Part shown: positions 1 through 12,168 of the stretch, in pieces
How positions within the stretch are numbered: the stretch's first letter is position 1
How the letters are laid out: the number at the start of each line of letters is the position of its first letter
From: Octopus bimaculoides
Taxonomy: Eukaryota
Length of the DNA stretch: 63,927 bases
Reading direction: 5' to 3'
Assembly (NCBI RefSeq): GCF_001194135.2
Contig: NC_068985.1
Span: forward strand, 13,166,123 to 13,230,049
Translations under genes and position numbers: made by a program
Notes under the pieces: model-generated
Seen by the model: only the letters and a program-made list of their open reading frames with translations
What the model was told of the DNA's origin: nothing
Databases searched by the model: none

Positions 1-515
1 ATATATATATATATATATATGTATATACGAACACATACACACACACACACACATATGTATACTTATATACATATACAAGTAGAGAGGATCAAAGGCCCCT
101 TTCGAGCCATGGGAACACAATACTGCTTATCGATTCTGTGCCGTATATATTAGCACCAACCTGGACGGAACGCCGGACCATCACAGGATTACTTTGTTTT
201 TGCACAGAACGTGAGATGTTCTGCTCAAGAACAAGACGCGTTCCCTCGTCCAGGAATCAGAACCGCATCCATGCGATCATGACTGCGACAGCCTAAGCCG
301 ACATGTATGTATGTATGTATGTATGTATGTATGTATGTATGTATGTATGTATGGGTGTATGTATGTGTGTGTATGTATTTATGTGTGTATGCATGTATGT
401 ATTATGTATGTATGTATGTATGTATGCAAGCATGTATGTATGTGTGTGTATGTATGTATATATGGTCGTGTCTACAAATGTATTTATATACCATATATGA
501 TATGTATATAAAATG

Positions 516-572
<57 letters not shown>

Positions 573-687
573 TTGTGTATACGTAAAGATATGCACATAT
601 ATGTAAGTGTATGTATATGTATATTTATATATGTGTATATATGTATATGTATAAATATATATATATATATTTATATAGCGTTGTACG

Positions 688-736
<49 letters not shown>

Positions 737-781
737 NNNNNNNNNNNNNNNNNNNNNNNNNNNNNNNNNNNNNNNNNNNNN

Positions 782-860
<79 letters not shown>
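1..860. repeat. Compound (TA)n/(CA)n/(TATG)n/(TG)n microsatellite block with gap
   Basis: Visible directly; a family C SINE lies within it. Confidence 0.95.
85..300 (-). mobile_element. SINE family C, decayed
   Basis: Reverse complement has gattcctggacgagggaacgcgtcttgttcttgagcagaac..gatggtccggcgttccgtccagg. Confidence 0.65.
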
Positions 861-865
<5 letters not shown>

Positions 866-1155
866 AACCTATACGTCTGCTTACACATAAACGTATAAAT
901 AAAAATCTATCACATATATACACTTGCTATGTACTGTTCTGCACCATATGTACATCCAAACTAGGCGAACCTGCAAAACTTTAAAACTATAATCATTTAT
1001 GTATACATGTGTGTTTATGTTTATGCATATAGGGAAGTATGTGTTAATCATGATGTAGATCGTGGACGATATATGAAACTGTTTTAAACTATTTTCATAT
1101 CCCTATATATCTATCTGCTTACTACCTATTCATCTATTATATCTATCTATCTAAA

Positions 1156-1209
<54 letters not shown>

Positions 1210-1634
1210 ACTAACTAACTATCTATCTATTTATATATTTAATTGTATGTATATATTTATTAGCTTACGCGTTTATCAACATAGCATGTTCGCAAAGAAA
1301 TGATCAATTATGCAAATTAAGAAAGTGCTAAACATAAGTTTACGAAAGATATATATCGCCAGCCTCGCTTTCGATGTGCGTAAGGAAATCCCAAGAAAGA
1401 TAAACAAAAGCCGACTCAATCTGACGATGGCTTTCGGATTTCATACTGATTCGCTTTACATCGTGAACCTTAATGCTTTTCTTACGATGAGAGCTTATTA
1501 CGGTTTTAAATCTATTCATAAGTGTTATATATATCCTGAAACATTTTAAAGTCTTATGACGCTTATTTATGCATGCTAATCACTGAATCATTGGTAATGA
1601 ATTATTTTAATTTATCACCCTCTTATTTACGATA

Positions 1635-1697
<63 letters not shown>

Positions 1698-1711
1698 NNN
1701 NNNNNNNNTAG

Positions 1712-1905
1712 GGAGAATTCACACAAAAAAAAAACAAAAGACGAAAACAGGTGGTGTAGACAACAAACAGATGTATTAGTTTAACGCTCAGGAAGTGAAA
1801 AAGTCTTTAACGTTTCGAGCCTACGCACTTACACAGAAAGGAACACAGAAACAGGGAGAGACAATAAAGAATGTGTAGAGGCTAGCAATCTATCATGGCG
1901 AGTGT
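1712..1905 (-). mobile_element. Penelope-like terminal repeat family 2, copy 1
   Basis: Shares gtgtagacaacaaacagat.tattagtttaacgctc..gaagtgaaaaagtctttaacgtttcga.cctacgc with 61150-61330 and the reverse complement at 59830-60030. Confidence 0.6.
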
Positions 1906-2175
1906 GTATGTGTGTATGAAAATATATGCACACACATGCATACATACGCAAGTACATAGTTAGTAGAGGATACTTGTCTAAGATCCCACAGAGAAGGGCT
2001 GAAGCCGGAAGCATGCAATTGGGAAGGAAGATTCTTACCACGCAGCCACGCCTGGTCCTACACACACACACACACACACACACATACACACATGTGTGTA
2101 TTCATATATGTATAGAATCATATATGTGTATGTATAAACGCCTTTCTCATTAGACTGTGGATATGCATGTCGCCC

Positions 2176-2383
2176 AAGGCTGCGAGCTGGCAGAATTGTT
2201 AGCACGCCGAGCGAAATGCTTAGCGGTATTTCGTTTGTCTGAGTTCAAATTCCGCCGAGGTCGACTTTTCCTTTCACTGTTTTGAGGTCGATAAATTAAG
2301 TACTAATTACGTAATGGGATCGATCTAATCGATTGGGCCCCCTCCGCAAAAATTTCAGGCCTTGTGCCTAAAGTACAAAACGA
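2176..2383 (+). mobile_element. tRNA-derived SINE family A (tail type 1)
   Basis: A box ggcgagctggcagaa, B box gagttcaaatt, core gaggtcgac..gtcgataaattaagtac, tail ccttgtgccta.agta. Confidence 0.8.
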
Positions 2384-2871
2384 TGTACATGTCACCCGGA
2401 AACAAAATCAGCAACACAGATACACACACGCACACACTCCGCGGACACACTCATAGTCACACAGGCACACATATAGAGATTGAGAGAATTCCTTAGCGAT
2501 AAGATATTCATTGTTTATCGATTAAGCTTTTAAACTCACACCACAGCATGTTGGACGTTTATCTACTTTTTCTCTTAATTGAGTTGGACTGTGAACGTAA
2601 ATATACCTGCGTTTGTGCGTGTCTACGAAATATGTGTATACCCATGAATGCTGATGCGTATCTTCATACCCAAATATAGATTAGCGGGTCGATAAAGATC
2701 AATAAATAAAATCCCAGTATGGAAGGGAGTTGAATTTGTCTGATATAATCAATTAAAATAATCGATTGTTTCATTAAATTACTGCTGGCGTCCGAAGACT
2801 GAATTCTAAAACTTTGTTATGAGTTAACACGGAAACAGGACGAAGTCTTTTAGAGCGTCTATAGAAATATA

Positions 2872-3034
2872 TGCATGAGTGGCTGTGTGGTAAGTAGCTT
2901 GCTTACCAACCACAAGGATCCGTGTTCTGTTCCACTGCGTGGCACTTTGGGCAAGTGTCTTCTCTTGTAGCCTCGGGCCAACCAAAGCCTTGTGTGTGGA
3001 TTTGGTAGACAGAAACTAAAAGAAGCCCGTCGTA

Positions 3035-3120
<86 letters not shown>

Positions 3121-3322
3121 TGTGCTTGTTCCCCACTATCGCTTGACAACCGATGTTGGTGTGTTTACGTGCGGGTAACATAGCGGTTCAGCAAAAGTAT
3201 TTTGATAGAATAAGTACTAGGCTTACAAAGAATAAGTCCTGGGGTCGATTTGTTCGACTAAAGATGAAGCTCCAGCATGATCGCTGTCACACAACTGAAA
3301 CAAATAAAATAATAAAAGAATA
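2872..3322 (+). mobile_element. tRNA-derived SINE family B with internal (TG)n
   Basis: Head gagtggctgtgtggtaag..cac.ttgggcaagtgtcttc (CORE-like ttgggcaagt), internal microsatellite after gaagcccgtcg, tail ctggggtcgatttg.tcgactaaag..ctccagcatg..actgaaacaa. Confidence 0.82.
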
Positions 3323-3385
3323 CATGCTTGACTGCTTATCTATTTAGACACACTTATACACGGGACACCTACACACATACTCGTA

Positions 3386-3596
3386 TAAGGCGAACTGGCA
3401 GAAACGTTAGCACGCCGGGCGAAATGCTTAGCGGGAGTTCAAATTCCACCGAGGTCGACTTTGCCTTTCATCCTTTCGGGGTCGATCAAATAAGTACCAG
3501 TTACGCACTGGGGTCGGTATAATCGACTTATTCCGTTTGTCTGTCCTTGTTTGTCCCTTCTGTGTGTAGCCCCTTGTGGGCAATAAAGAAATAAGA
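3386..3596 (+). mobile_element. SINE family A (tail type 2), internal deletion
   Basis: Same head and core; tail gtttgtctgtccttgtttgtcc..ccccttgtgggcaataaagaaataag. Confidence 0.8.
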
Positions 3597-4399
3597 CATA
3601 CTCGTATAAGTAATCACGCGCATTCACAGAGAACAACAAAAGGCATCTATGCATATATTTATTCGTATTACGAACGCGTGCGCGTTTCTGTACCTGTGCA
3701 GTGTCTTCGGATTTGTACAGGACTTTTTTCACATGAATAGACATATATAATAATATAAATAATATATAAATATATGCATATACCGATACATATATGTACA
3801 TACCAACATCTATATATATATACATACAGACATATATGGGCACAGGATATAAAAAAAAACGTTAAACACAATGAGAAACGAAAACAGAAAAACGAAAACA
3901 GAAAACGAACTTTTTTCGAACAACGAAAAAAACAAACAGAGAAACGAGACATGCAACATAAAGAGTATAACCCTTCGTCAGTTGTCCCTGTTCCATCTAC
4001 TCCGCATTTACAATTCTATGGTCATTCATGACTGAAGGGGATCTTTCATTTCGCTCATGTATATTTATATAAGGGACACTACAGAAATGGTAAATGGTTT
4101 ACGGCACGAAAGAAAAAATCTATAATCTTGTTAAAATACTATTCGGAATGCTTTTATCTCTACTAAGTATAGATGCAGATGTGTTACCTTGGATTAATTT
4201 TGAAGATTAATTTTGAGGATCTGATCAAAGACTTTGCAATTCAAAAAAGTAGGAGGAAACTTTCCAAATATAAATAAAGTGGAAGCATACAAAAATAAAC
4301 ATTATTTTCCCTCTTACTGTTATGTTTCGTTTTGAAAAATAAAAATTTATTTTATGATTTGTTATTCTTTACATTTTGAATTACATAATCTTTTATGGG

Positions 4400-4461
4400 G
4401 GTGAGGGGGGCACCAAAATCTTTTAAGCGCTTAGGGCCTCGATGGGTTTTAATCCGGCCCT
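4400..4461 (-). mobile_element. DNA-transposon/MITE terminal remnant
   Basis: ttaatccggccctg end (CAGGGCCGGATTAA on the minus strand). Confidence 0.3.
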
Positions 4462-4779
4462 GTGTGTATGTATGTATACAGGTATTGTGTGTATGTGTGT
4501 GTGAGCGCATGCTACTGTGATATATTTTATATACGTGTATGTGTGTGCGTGAGTGTGTGTGTGTGTGTGTGTATGTGTGAGTGTGTGTGCGCGTGTGTGT
4601 GTTTCTGTGCGTGTAAGCTTATGCACATCCGCCACACATTCATTAAGTAACATACTAAGAATATTAGTACCTATGTTATTGAATAAACGCTCTGTTTGAA
4701 TTGATTGCATAATAGTTGCAGCAACCAAATATATTGCTATTCTGCAGTTGTAATAAGCCCGTGTCTATTGTAATATTCT

Positions 4780-5230
4780 CTCTGTTCTGGATAGAAGGAC
4801 TGAAATTTTTTTGGAGAGGGCCTGTTGATGACATTGACCCAATACTTGATTGGTGTTCATTTTATCAACCACGACTCCGAAAGGATGAATGACAAAGTCG
4901 ATCTCGGCGAAATTTGAACTGAGAACGAAAAATCCAAGGAAATGCTGCTAAGCATCTTGTCTGACGTACGCGCCATTCTGCTTGCTCGTTGACTTCGTGT
5001 CTGCTGTAATATTGGTTTCAAATTTCTGCACAAGGCCAACAATGTCGTGGGAGGGGTGTAAGTTGACTACTTCGAGTCCAGAGTTCGAATGGTACTTGTT
5101 TTATCGAGCTCCGAACGGATGAAGGGCGAAGTCGACCGCGGCGAAATTTGAATTCAGAACGTAAAGACGGACCAAATAACGCTAAGCTTCTCTCTCGGCA
5201 TGCTAGTGACTCTACCAGCTCGCCGCCTTC
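4780..5230 (-). mobile_element. Two tandem decayed SINE family A copies
   Basis: Reverse complements of core (gaaaggatgaa.gacaaagtcga, aatttgaa.tcagaacg) at about 4890 and 5130. Confidence 0.7.
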
Positions 5231-6073
5231 ATGTCATTGTAATTATACTCTCCAACAGATATTGACAAATATTTCTGATTTTTAATTGTCTTAATGATCA
5301 GGTTGATGTTCTAAGTCATATCTCGAATTGAAAGAAACGCCGGAACAAAGGCCCAAGCACATCGCCCCGAGATTACTTTCCAAAGATGACGGAAGTTTTC
5401 TGCAGAAGCTGCTAAATATTTCAAGTACATATTTCCGATCCTGGTTCAGGTCACATATAATGTTATGGTGGCTAACTGTATACTGCGAGTCTAAGACAGC
5501 AGGATCGCAAGAGATGAAAAGAGTTAAATTCCTGGAGATGGTGGAGGTCTGCCGCAACAAGTTATAGTAAAGAAATGCTTGCCAAGGTGAGGGTGACACT
5601 CGCAGTTTACCATATCGAATCCCGAGTAAGACCTCTGGAACTTTCGACCTGGTGCAACAGCACAGAAGCTCGCTGACAAGGTATATATAGATGGCTCTGG
5701 TTGAAAGATAATCGGTGAGGTCAGTAGAAAGTCGCTTGAAAATGTGTCTATGCTTCAGTATTCTAGGTCGAGTTGCCTAACAGCGTTTATGTTATAAGAC
5801 ACGAACCTCCTTGTAACTCCATGATACAGAACGGATAATGTCCAGGTTTTGCATTTTTTTACATATATGTTGAAGTATCAAGAAATAAAAGAGAAGGGAA
5901 CCTGATGGTATATTTAATGCTGCAAATGGCTATTATCATTATTCTTCCATAAAAATATTTTTAGATTCGATGCACGACACCAGATCAAAACATTTCGCTA
6001 GAAATCATAGAAGACTGCGTTTAAGTGTGTGTGAATGTGTGTCTATATATGTGTATATGTCTGTGTGTGCATA

Positions 6074-6105
<32 letters not shown>

Positions 6106-6247
6106 TTCGTATAGGTTTTTGGTGTGTGTAATAGTGCCAGCTTTTAATATTTTATTCTTAATGAAAGTCTAGTTAACAAATAAGATATAAAAATTCGGTT
6201 TTACAGATGATACAGTTTAATACGTTTTGAATAGCCGGTAGAATGAT

Positions 6248-6284
<37 letters not shown>

Positions 6285-6287
<3 letters not shown>

Positions 6288-6430
6288 AGTGACTATGGTA
6301 AGAAGCTTGCTTCTCAATTACATGGTTCCGGGTTCATTGCCACTACGTGGCAGCATGAGACGGTGACTCCTACTCTAGCTTTAGGTCGACCAAAACCTTG
6401 TTAGACGGAAACTGAAAGAAGCCGTCGTAT
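6285..6430 (+). mobile_element. SINE family B, 5' part
   Basis: aggagtgactatggtaagaagcttgc..gacggaaactgaaagaagccgtcg followed by (TG)n. Confidence 0.7.
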
Positions 6431-6437
6431 ATATATA

Positions 6438-6505
<68 letters not shown>

Positions 6506-6823
6506 TGTGTATTCGTATGTGTGTGTGTCTGTGTGTGTTTGTGTGTGTGTCTGTGGCTGTGTGTGTGTGTGTGCATCCTATGTATATCTATTGAAGAGGT
6601 TGCAGAGAACAACGAAAATATTAGAAAAAGTAAATAAGTAAATGACTGGAATTAGAACTGGTTAATAAATAAGGCATTAAAAGAGAATGATTCATCCCAG
6701 ACACAATAAATCATGCTTCAACACACGAATTCACATAAAGAATCTTGCAAAGCAAACAACAACAAAAAAGCGAAATATGTATATATATATGCAGATATAC
6801 ACATAATTGTGTGTGTGTGTGTG

Positions 6824-6883
<60 letters not shown>

Positions 6884-7009
6884 CGTGCGTGTATACAGAC
6901 ATATTTCAATTCCAAATAGAAAGATATAGAACTCCGCACATGAAAATATTATTTATTGCTCTAGTGATTTTTTAAAATTCACCATGCATATTGGAGTTCT
7001 TTGTACAAT

Positions 7010-7200
7010 GTCCTCAAAACCTAAACTTTTGTGGGTAGAGCTATTCGATTACGTCGAACTGGTACTTCTTTTCTCGACCAACGCGAAGGGATGAAAGACA
7101 AAATCGACTTCGGTGACACTTAAGCTCTAAACGTAAAGCCGGAAGAATCGTCGCTACTCATTTTGTCCGGTGAGGTAAGGATTCTTCTGCCAGCTCGCTG
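7010..7200 (-). mobile_element. SINE family A, decayed
   Basis: ctggtactt..tcgacc..gaagggatgaaagacaaaatcgac..ctgccagctcgc. Confidence 0.65.
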
Positions 7201-7796
7201 TTTTGTTCCATCATACAAATAACGAGGACGAAGGGTGGGGAGACAACGACAACGAAGAGGAAATGGGGAACGACGAAGGGGAAAAGGAGGACGCCGAAGA
7301 GGAAAACGAGGAGGAAGAGAAAGAGGAGGAGGAGAACGACGAAGAGAAAGCAGGATGAAGAGGAAGGGAGAAAGACGAAGTGGACGAGAATGATGATGGA
7401 GATGCTGATGGTTGCTATTGATATTTTTATGAACGCAACGTTCAGAAGTCGATCGTGAGATATCATGCTTGCTGTGGATAATATTTATCTATCGAGAAAC
7501 GTAGGGTATATTTCTGCAGAAATCAATGTCAGGTAACAAAGTACAAACAATGATCAATATCACAGATTACTTTCGAATAAATATTCATCTACATTTCGTT
7601 TTAAATACAAATATTGCCATAAAGCAGAAATTAATTTACCATAAATTACCATAAAATGCCGTTGAATGCATAAAATTATCTCTTCATATATCAACATGCA
7701 AAACGCATTTATTAACCAAATATCCAAATGGGAATTTTGCTGCCATTTGCTGTAGATTACGTAAATTTGAAATAGCGCAATGTTTTGTAATTGCTT

Positions 7797-7930
7797 CCTC
7801 TCTTTTACTCTCTTTTACTTGTTTCAATCATTTGACTGTGGCCATCCTGGAGCACCGCCTTTAGTCGAGCAAATTACTAAGTTACGGGGATGTAAACACT
7901 ATCAAGCAGTGATAGAGTGACAACCATAGA
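7797..7930 (-). mobile_element. SINE family B, 3' part
   Basis: ctcttttacttgtttcaatcatttgactgtggccatcctggagcaccgcctttagtcgagcaaat. Confidence 0.72.
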
Positions 7931-8262
7931 CACGAAGACAGACACACGTATACGCACGCACACGTATAAAACTACATAAGCGTATTCACACATATATACA
8001 TATATAGCATACATATATAGAATCGGGTATGTGTGAGTTTTTGTCTACATAAGTGTGTTCGTGTGCGTGCGTTAATATATATGTGTGTGTACAGGGTTAG
8101 CCAAAATCCAGCCGACAGTAAATCAAAATTCCATAAATACTATTTGTAATTCTATATTCACTCGAAAGGAAACATGTGTATTTAGATGCTTTTATTAAAT
8201 TCATTCATACAGTTCTATATTTAAGAGATGAGGAATTATGTACACTATTTACATTTTTTACC

Positions 8263-8520
8263 TTTGACGGATATTTGTCCTCATCTTGTTTGTTGTTAAC
8301 ACAACGTTTTGGCTGATATACCCTCCAGCCTTCATCAGGTGTCTTAAGGAAATATCATCGAAAAATACCTTAGGAATGAGAACCCTGGGTCGAAATTTCC
8401 CCAAGACATCTGATGAAGGCTGGAGGGTAAATCAGCCGAAACGTTGTGTTAACAACAAACAAGATGAGGACAAATATCTGTCAAATGTAAATAATGTAAA
8501 CAATGTAAATAATGTAAATT
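8263..8520. mobile_element. Penelope-like element terminal repeats in inverted (tail-to-tail) arrangement
   Basis: 83-bp inverted repeat (8263-8345 / 8403-8485, 4 mismatches) carrying CTGATGA...GAAACGTT; (AATGTAAAT)n tail. Confidence 0.65.
8405..8450 (+). ncRNA. Minimal type I hammerhead ribozyme motif
   Basis: gacat-CTGATGA-a-ggctg(gagggtaaat)cagcc-GAAAC-GTT-gtgtt; stems I and II pair, loopless palindromic ACGU stem III. Confidence 0.62.
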
Positions 8521-8662
8521 CATTCTGCTGTTAAACATAAATAAATCTTGGAATTAAATGGTTTTGATTTATTATCAAGTAACTTTTGCCCAACCTTGTA
8601 TATGTTTGTGTCTATGCGAGCGCGTGCGTGCGTGCGTGCGTGCGTGCGTCTGTGTGTGCGTG

Positions 8663-8714
<52 letters not shown>

Positions 8715-9020
8715 GGTAGATGAATGAACGACTTTATGGTTTTCTACATTCACCCTATAGGAGAGAACTACCTGCTTTCTGAAGTAGAAACTAGCCTAAT
8801 TAATTAGAATTCCAATGGTGCGCTAATTAGTTATAAATTTTCCTGTTTTAATTATATAAATTATTTATACAAATATGGATCTGATTTCTAACAACGAAAC
8901 TAAATCCTAACACTGAGAATTTAGTTTGTTTCGATAACAACAATGAAAAAATCTCATATGACTATTAGATATAGCTTTCGTATTTTTCAATATCCTTCTT
9001 ACAAATTGTATTGCTGAGTA

Positions 9021-9340
9021 TTGTGGAGCCGCAATGGCCCAGTGGTTCGGGCAACGAAAATACCTAAAGCTCCACGTGGCTCTAGCAGGTGTAGGTGGCG
9101 AACACTGCTGTATTCTTTCACCACAACTTTCTCTCACTCTTTCTTCCTGTTTCTGTTGTCCCAGTATTTCAAAAGGTCAGCCTTGTCACACTCAGTATAA
9201 CGCTGAAGCTCCCCGAGAACTATGTTGAGGATGCACGTGTCTGTGAAGTACTCAGCCACTTGCACGTTAATTTCACGAACAGGCTGTTCCGTTGAGCGGA
9301 TCAACTGGAGCCATCATCGTCGTAATCGGCGGAGTTTCAC
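9021..9340 (+). mobile_element. SINE family D with about 60-bp deletion removing the B box
   Basis: Collinear with 17332-17712 except between cagtggttcgggca and cctaaagc. Confidence 0.78.
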
Positions 9341-9470
9341 GAATCATTCCTAAGTATTATATATTGATTAATCGCTATATTAATTGATTAATCGATATAT
9401 ATATATATATATCTCACAATTCTCAACATTGGGGGAACAATCCCATGTTTTGATTTGTGTGTGTGTGTGC

Positions 9471-9521
<51 letters not shown>

Positions 9522-9844
9522 TGTGTGTGCGCGTGTGTGTGTGTGCGCGCGTGTGTGTGTGTGTGTGTGTAACAGTGATTTACTTCCAGATTCTTTTTGA
9601 AGTCACCCCGTGCATCGATTCTGGACTCACATATCAAGCCATTGGCAGAAATAATATTTCAGGGAAGCATTCATTGCAGAACTTTAAGGCGTCGTCGTAA
9701 ATCAGTTACATGTCACTTACAAATTCACACACATACACTCACTCACTCACTCACTCACTCATTCATTAATTAATTAATTCATTCATTCATTCATAAGACA
9801 CACAGATAGCAACATCTATTCACTTTCAGTATTTATGCCTCAAT

Positions 9845-10045
9845 AAGGCGGTGAGCTGGCAGAATCTTTAGAACGCCGGTATTTCGTCTATCTTTACGTC
9901 CTGAGTTCAAATTCCACCGAGGTCGACTTTGCATTTCATCCTTTCTGGGTCGATAAATTGAGTACGAGTTGCGTACTGGGTCGACCTAATTGACTGGCCC
10001 CCTCCCCAAAAAATTTCGGGCCTTGTGACTAGAGTAGAAAAGAAT
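9845..10045 (+). mobile_element. SINE family A (tail type 1)
   Basis: aaggcggtgagctggcagaatc..gagttcaaattccaccgaggtcgac..ccttgtgactagagtagaaaagaata. Confidence 0.82.
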
Positions 10046-11949
10046 ATTCATGCCTCATTAAAAGACTTCTTGCAGTAGGGTTGTACATGGCGTAAACCAT
10101 TACTCTAACCCTTCGCTGCTTGACATCTTGACATTACAGTGTGACTGATAACAAGGGTTTTGTTTTTCCCCCTGAAGCACGTCCACCTCCATATGCACCA
10201 GCTAGCGACCAATGTGAACCCACTTCGCTCTCTTCCTTCTATTTAAGGGAATATACAATAGTAAGCAGTAAATCAAGACACTGAGTTGTCCTCATATGAA
10301 ACCTCATACCACTGGTTGCAACAAAGCGGACCTCAGTAAACTCGTACACTAAGCTCGACCTCAGTAAACTCCTAACCAAAGCTCGACTGGTGTTAGTTGT
10401 ATCCTAGATTAGTTTTACATAGAACTGCAGTGAATCTTTCAGTCAAGCGATGACGGAAACTCAGTTAAATGAAACTGCCGATGAAAAGCGGGAAGTATAT
10501 AAGGAACGGATTAACGAGAAATGGAGAAAGGAGCAGATGTAGAGTATGAGAGCGCGCATGTTTGTGTCTATATTAGAATTCTTTGAAGTCAAAGTAATGT
10601 AAATACTATCATTTTGGGCGCCTTTTTGTAAGTGATTTTCAGTATGTCGATATGTGCATGTGTGTAGGTATGGGTATATATTAGCACAGAATTGCCGGAT
10701 AGTTAAGAAAAGTATTATATATGTGAAAGTTGGCTGCATGGTTAAAAGTTCACATCGCATTTCCCTGCATATGAGTTCGATATATTTTTTCTCATAGATA
10801 TGGGTCGACTTCAGCTTTGTGGACGAAACCGGGGGGAAATTGAACCTTGTCTGAAAGATTGTATCTGCATTTGAAAGGTCGATCTTTTCCAGATTGCTTC
10901 CTGCTAGTTCAGTCTCGTGATTTCGTTTAGTGTACACGTGTCTGTGGAATATGCAGCCACTTACATGCTAATTCGGGGAGTAGGTGCTTTAGTTGGTTGA
11001 TTAGCTGTGTATGTATGTATGCATGAATGTATGTATGTATGTAGTCATGTATGTATATAGGTAGGACGGTAAATATTTTGGTTGATAAGTAGGCATGCAT
11101 ACACCCACGTGCGTGTGTATGTGTGTATGTGTGTATGCGTGCATGCACTGATGTATGCATATACACGTATATACACATACAGATGGGTATTGGCACAGAT
11201 GTTGTTGCATATTTGGATTTCATTTCAACGCTTTATAAATATTTTACATATTGGGACAAAACTCCTGATAGCTTGTAGCTGTAAAAATCTGAAGAGGCGT
11301 GTTCTGTTATGTCTTGTACAACCCAACTTCTCAACAGTTACGTAACCGAGTGCTGCAATAATTGGTGGATAAATTTATATATTTATCGTTAGTTCGTCAT
11401 AGATGATTTCTCTTACGCTCTTCTTCTTCATCATAACCTTAACGTCTGCTATGCAACTGATTTCAAATTCTGTGCATGGTTTGTTTTCTCTCTCCTGAAC
11501 CTTGATGCCTAATCTGCTATGTTTGCATCTTACTTACGTACTAACAAGGACATTCCATCAATAAAATTTTTATAATATGTGTGTGGTTATGCCAGCCATA
11601 TCACTGTCGCTTCGTATAGTTGTAACATGCTTCACCTTTGTACGAATATTTTAATATAATTTTCTCGCCACGTTAACATGGCTAATATGTAGATTATGCA
11701 TTAATTATATTTTCGTACATCCACTGTGTTAACTCCATAGTGCCTGCATCGCTTATTGCATCTCGCTGGTTTGCCTACATCCCTATCCCTGCTGTACATC
11801 TTTTTTTTTTCTTTGCTTTTTGGGGTGTGATGTAGGGGTTATCTTCGCTCCTGTATTGCAAATGCATATCCTTGAAAGTACAAGGTGATATCCCGGTTGT
11901 TATTCGAAGTGATACTACAACAATCAATAATATTGCTGTTACTTTGTGA

Positions 11950-12168
11950 AGGGGTAAACTAGCAGAGTCGTTTGCACGCCCGGGTAAAATGCTTAGCGGC
12001 GTTTTGTCCGTCTTTACGTTTTGATATCAATAACCGCCGAGGTCGACTTTGCCTGTCACCCTTTAGAGATCGATAAAATAACTACCAGTTGAACACTGGT
12101 GTTGATGTAATCGACCTATACCCGCCTCTGAAATTCCTAGTCTTGTGCCAAAATACTGAAATCGATAT
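11950..12168 (+). mobile_element. SINE family A (tail type 3)
   Basis: Core plus taccagttgaacactggtgttgatgtaatcgac..cttgtgccaaaatactgaaatcgata. Confidence 0.72.

Noticed and set aside
293-890. Many overlapping ORFs rich in YI/VC/HT repeats, here and throughout the track
   Set aside because: Translations of (TA)n, (TG)n and (TATG)n microsatellites, which lack stops in several frames.
5290-5870. Exon-like ORFs at 5291-5599, 49659-50106, 55803-56028 and 57766-58290
   Set aside because: Interrupted by stops with only faint LINE RT/endonuclease-like words; too degraded to call as genes or assign to a family by eye.
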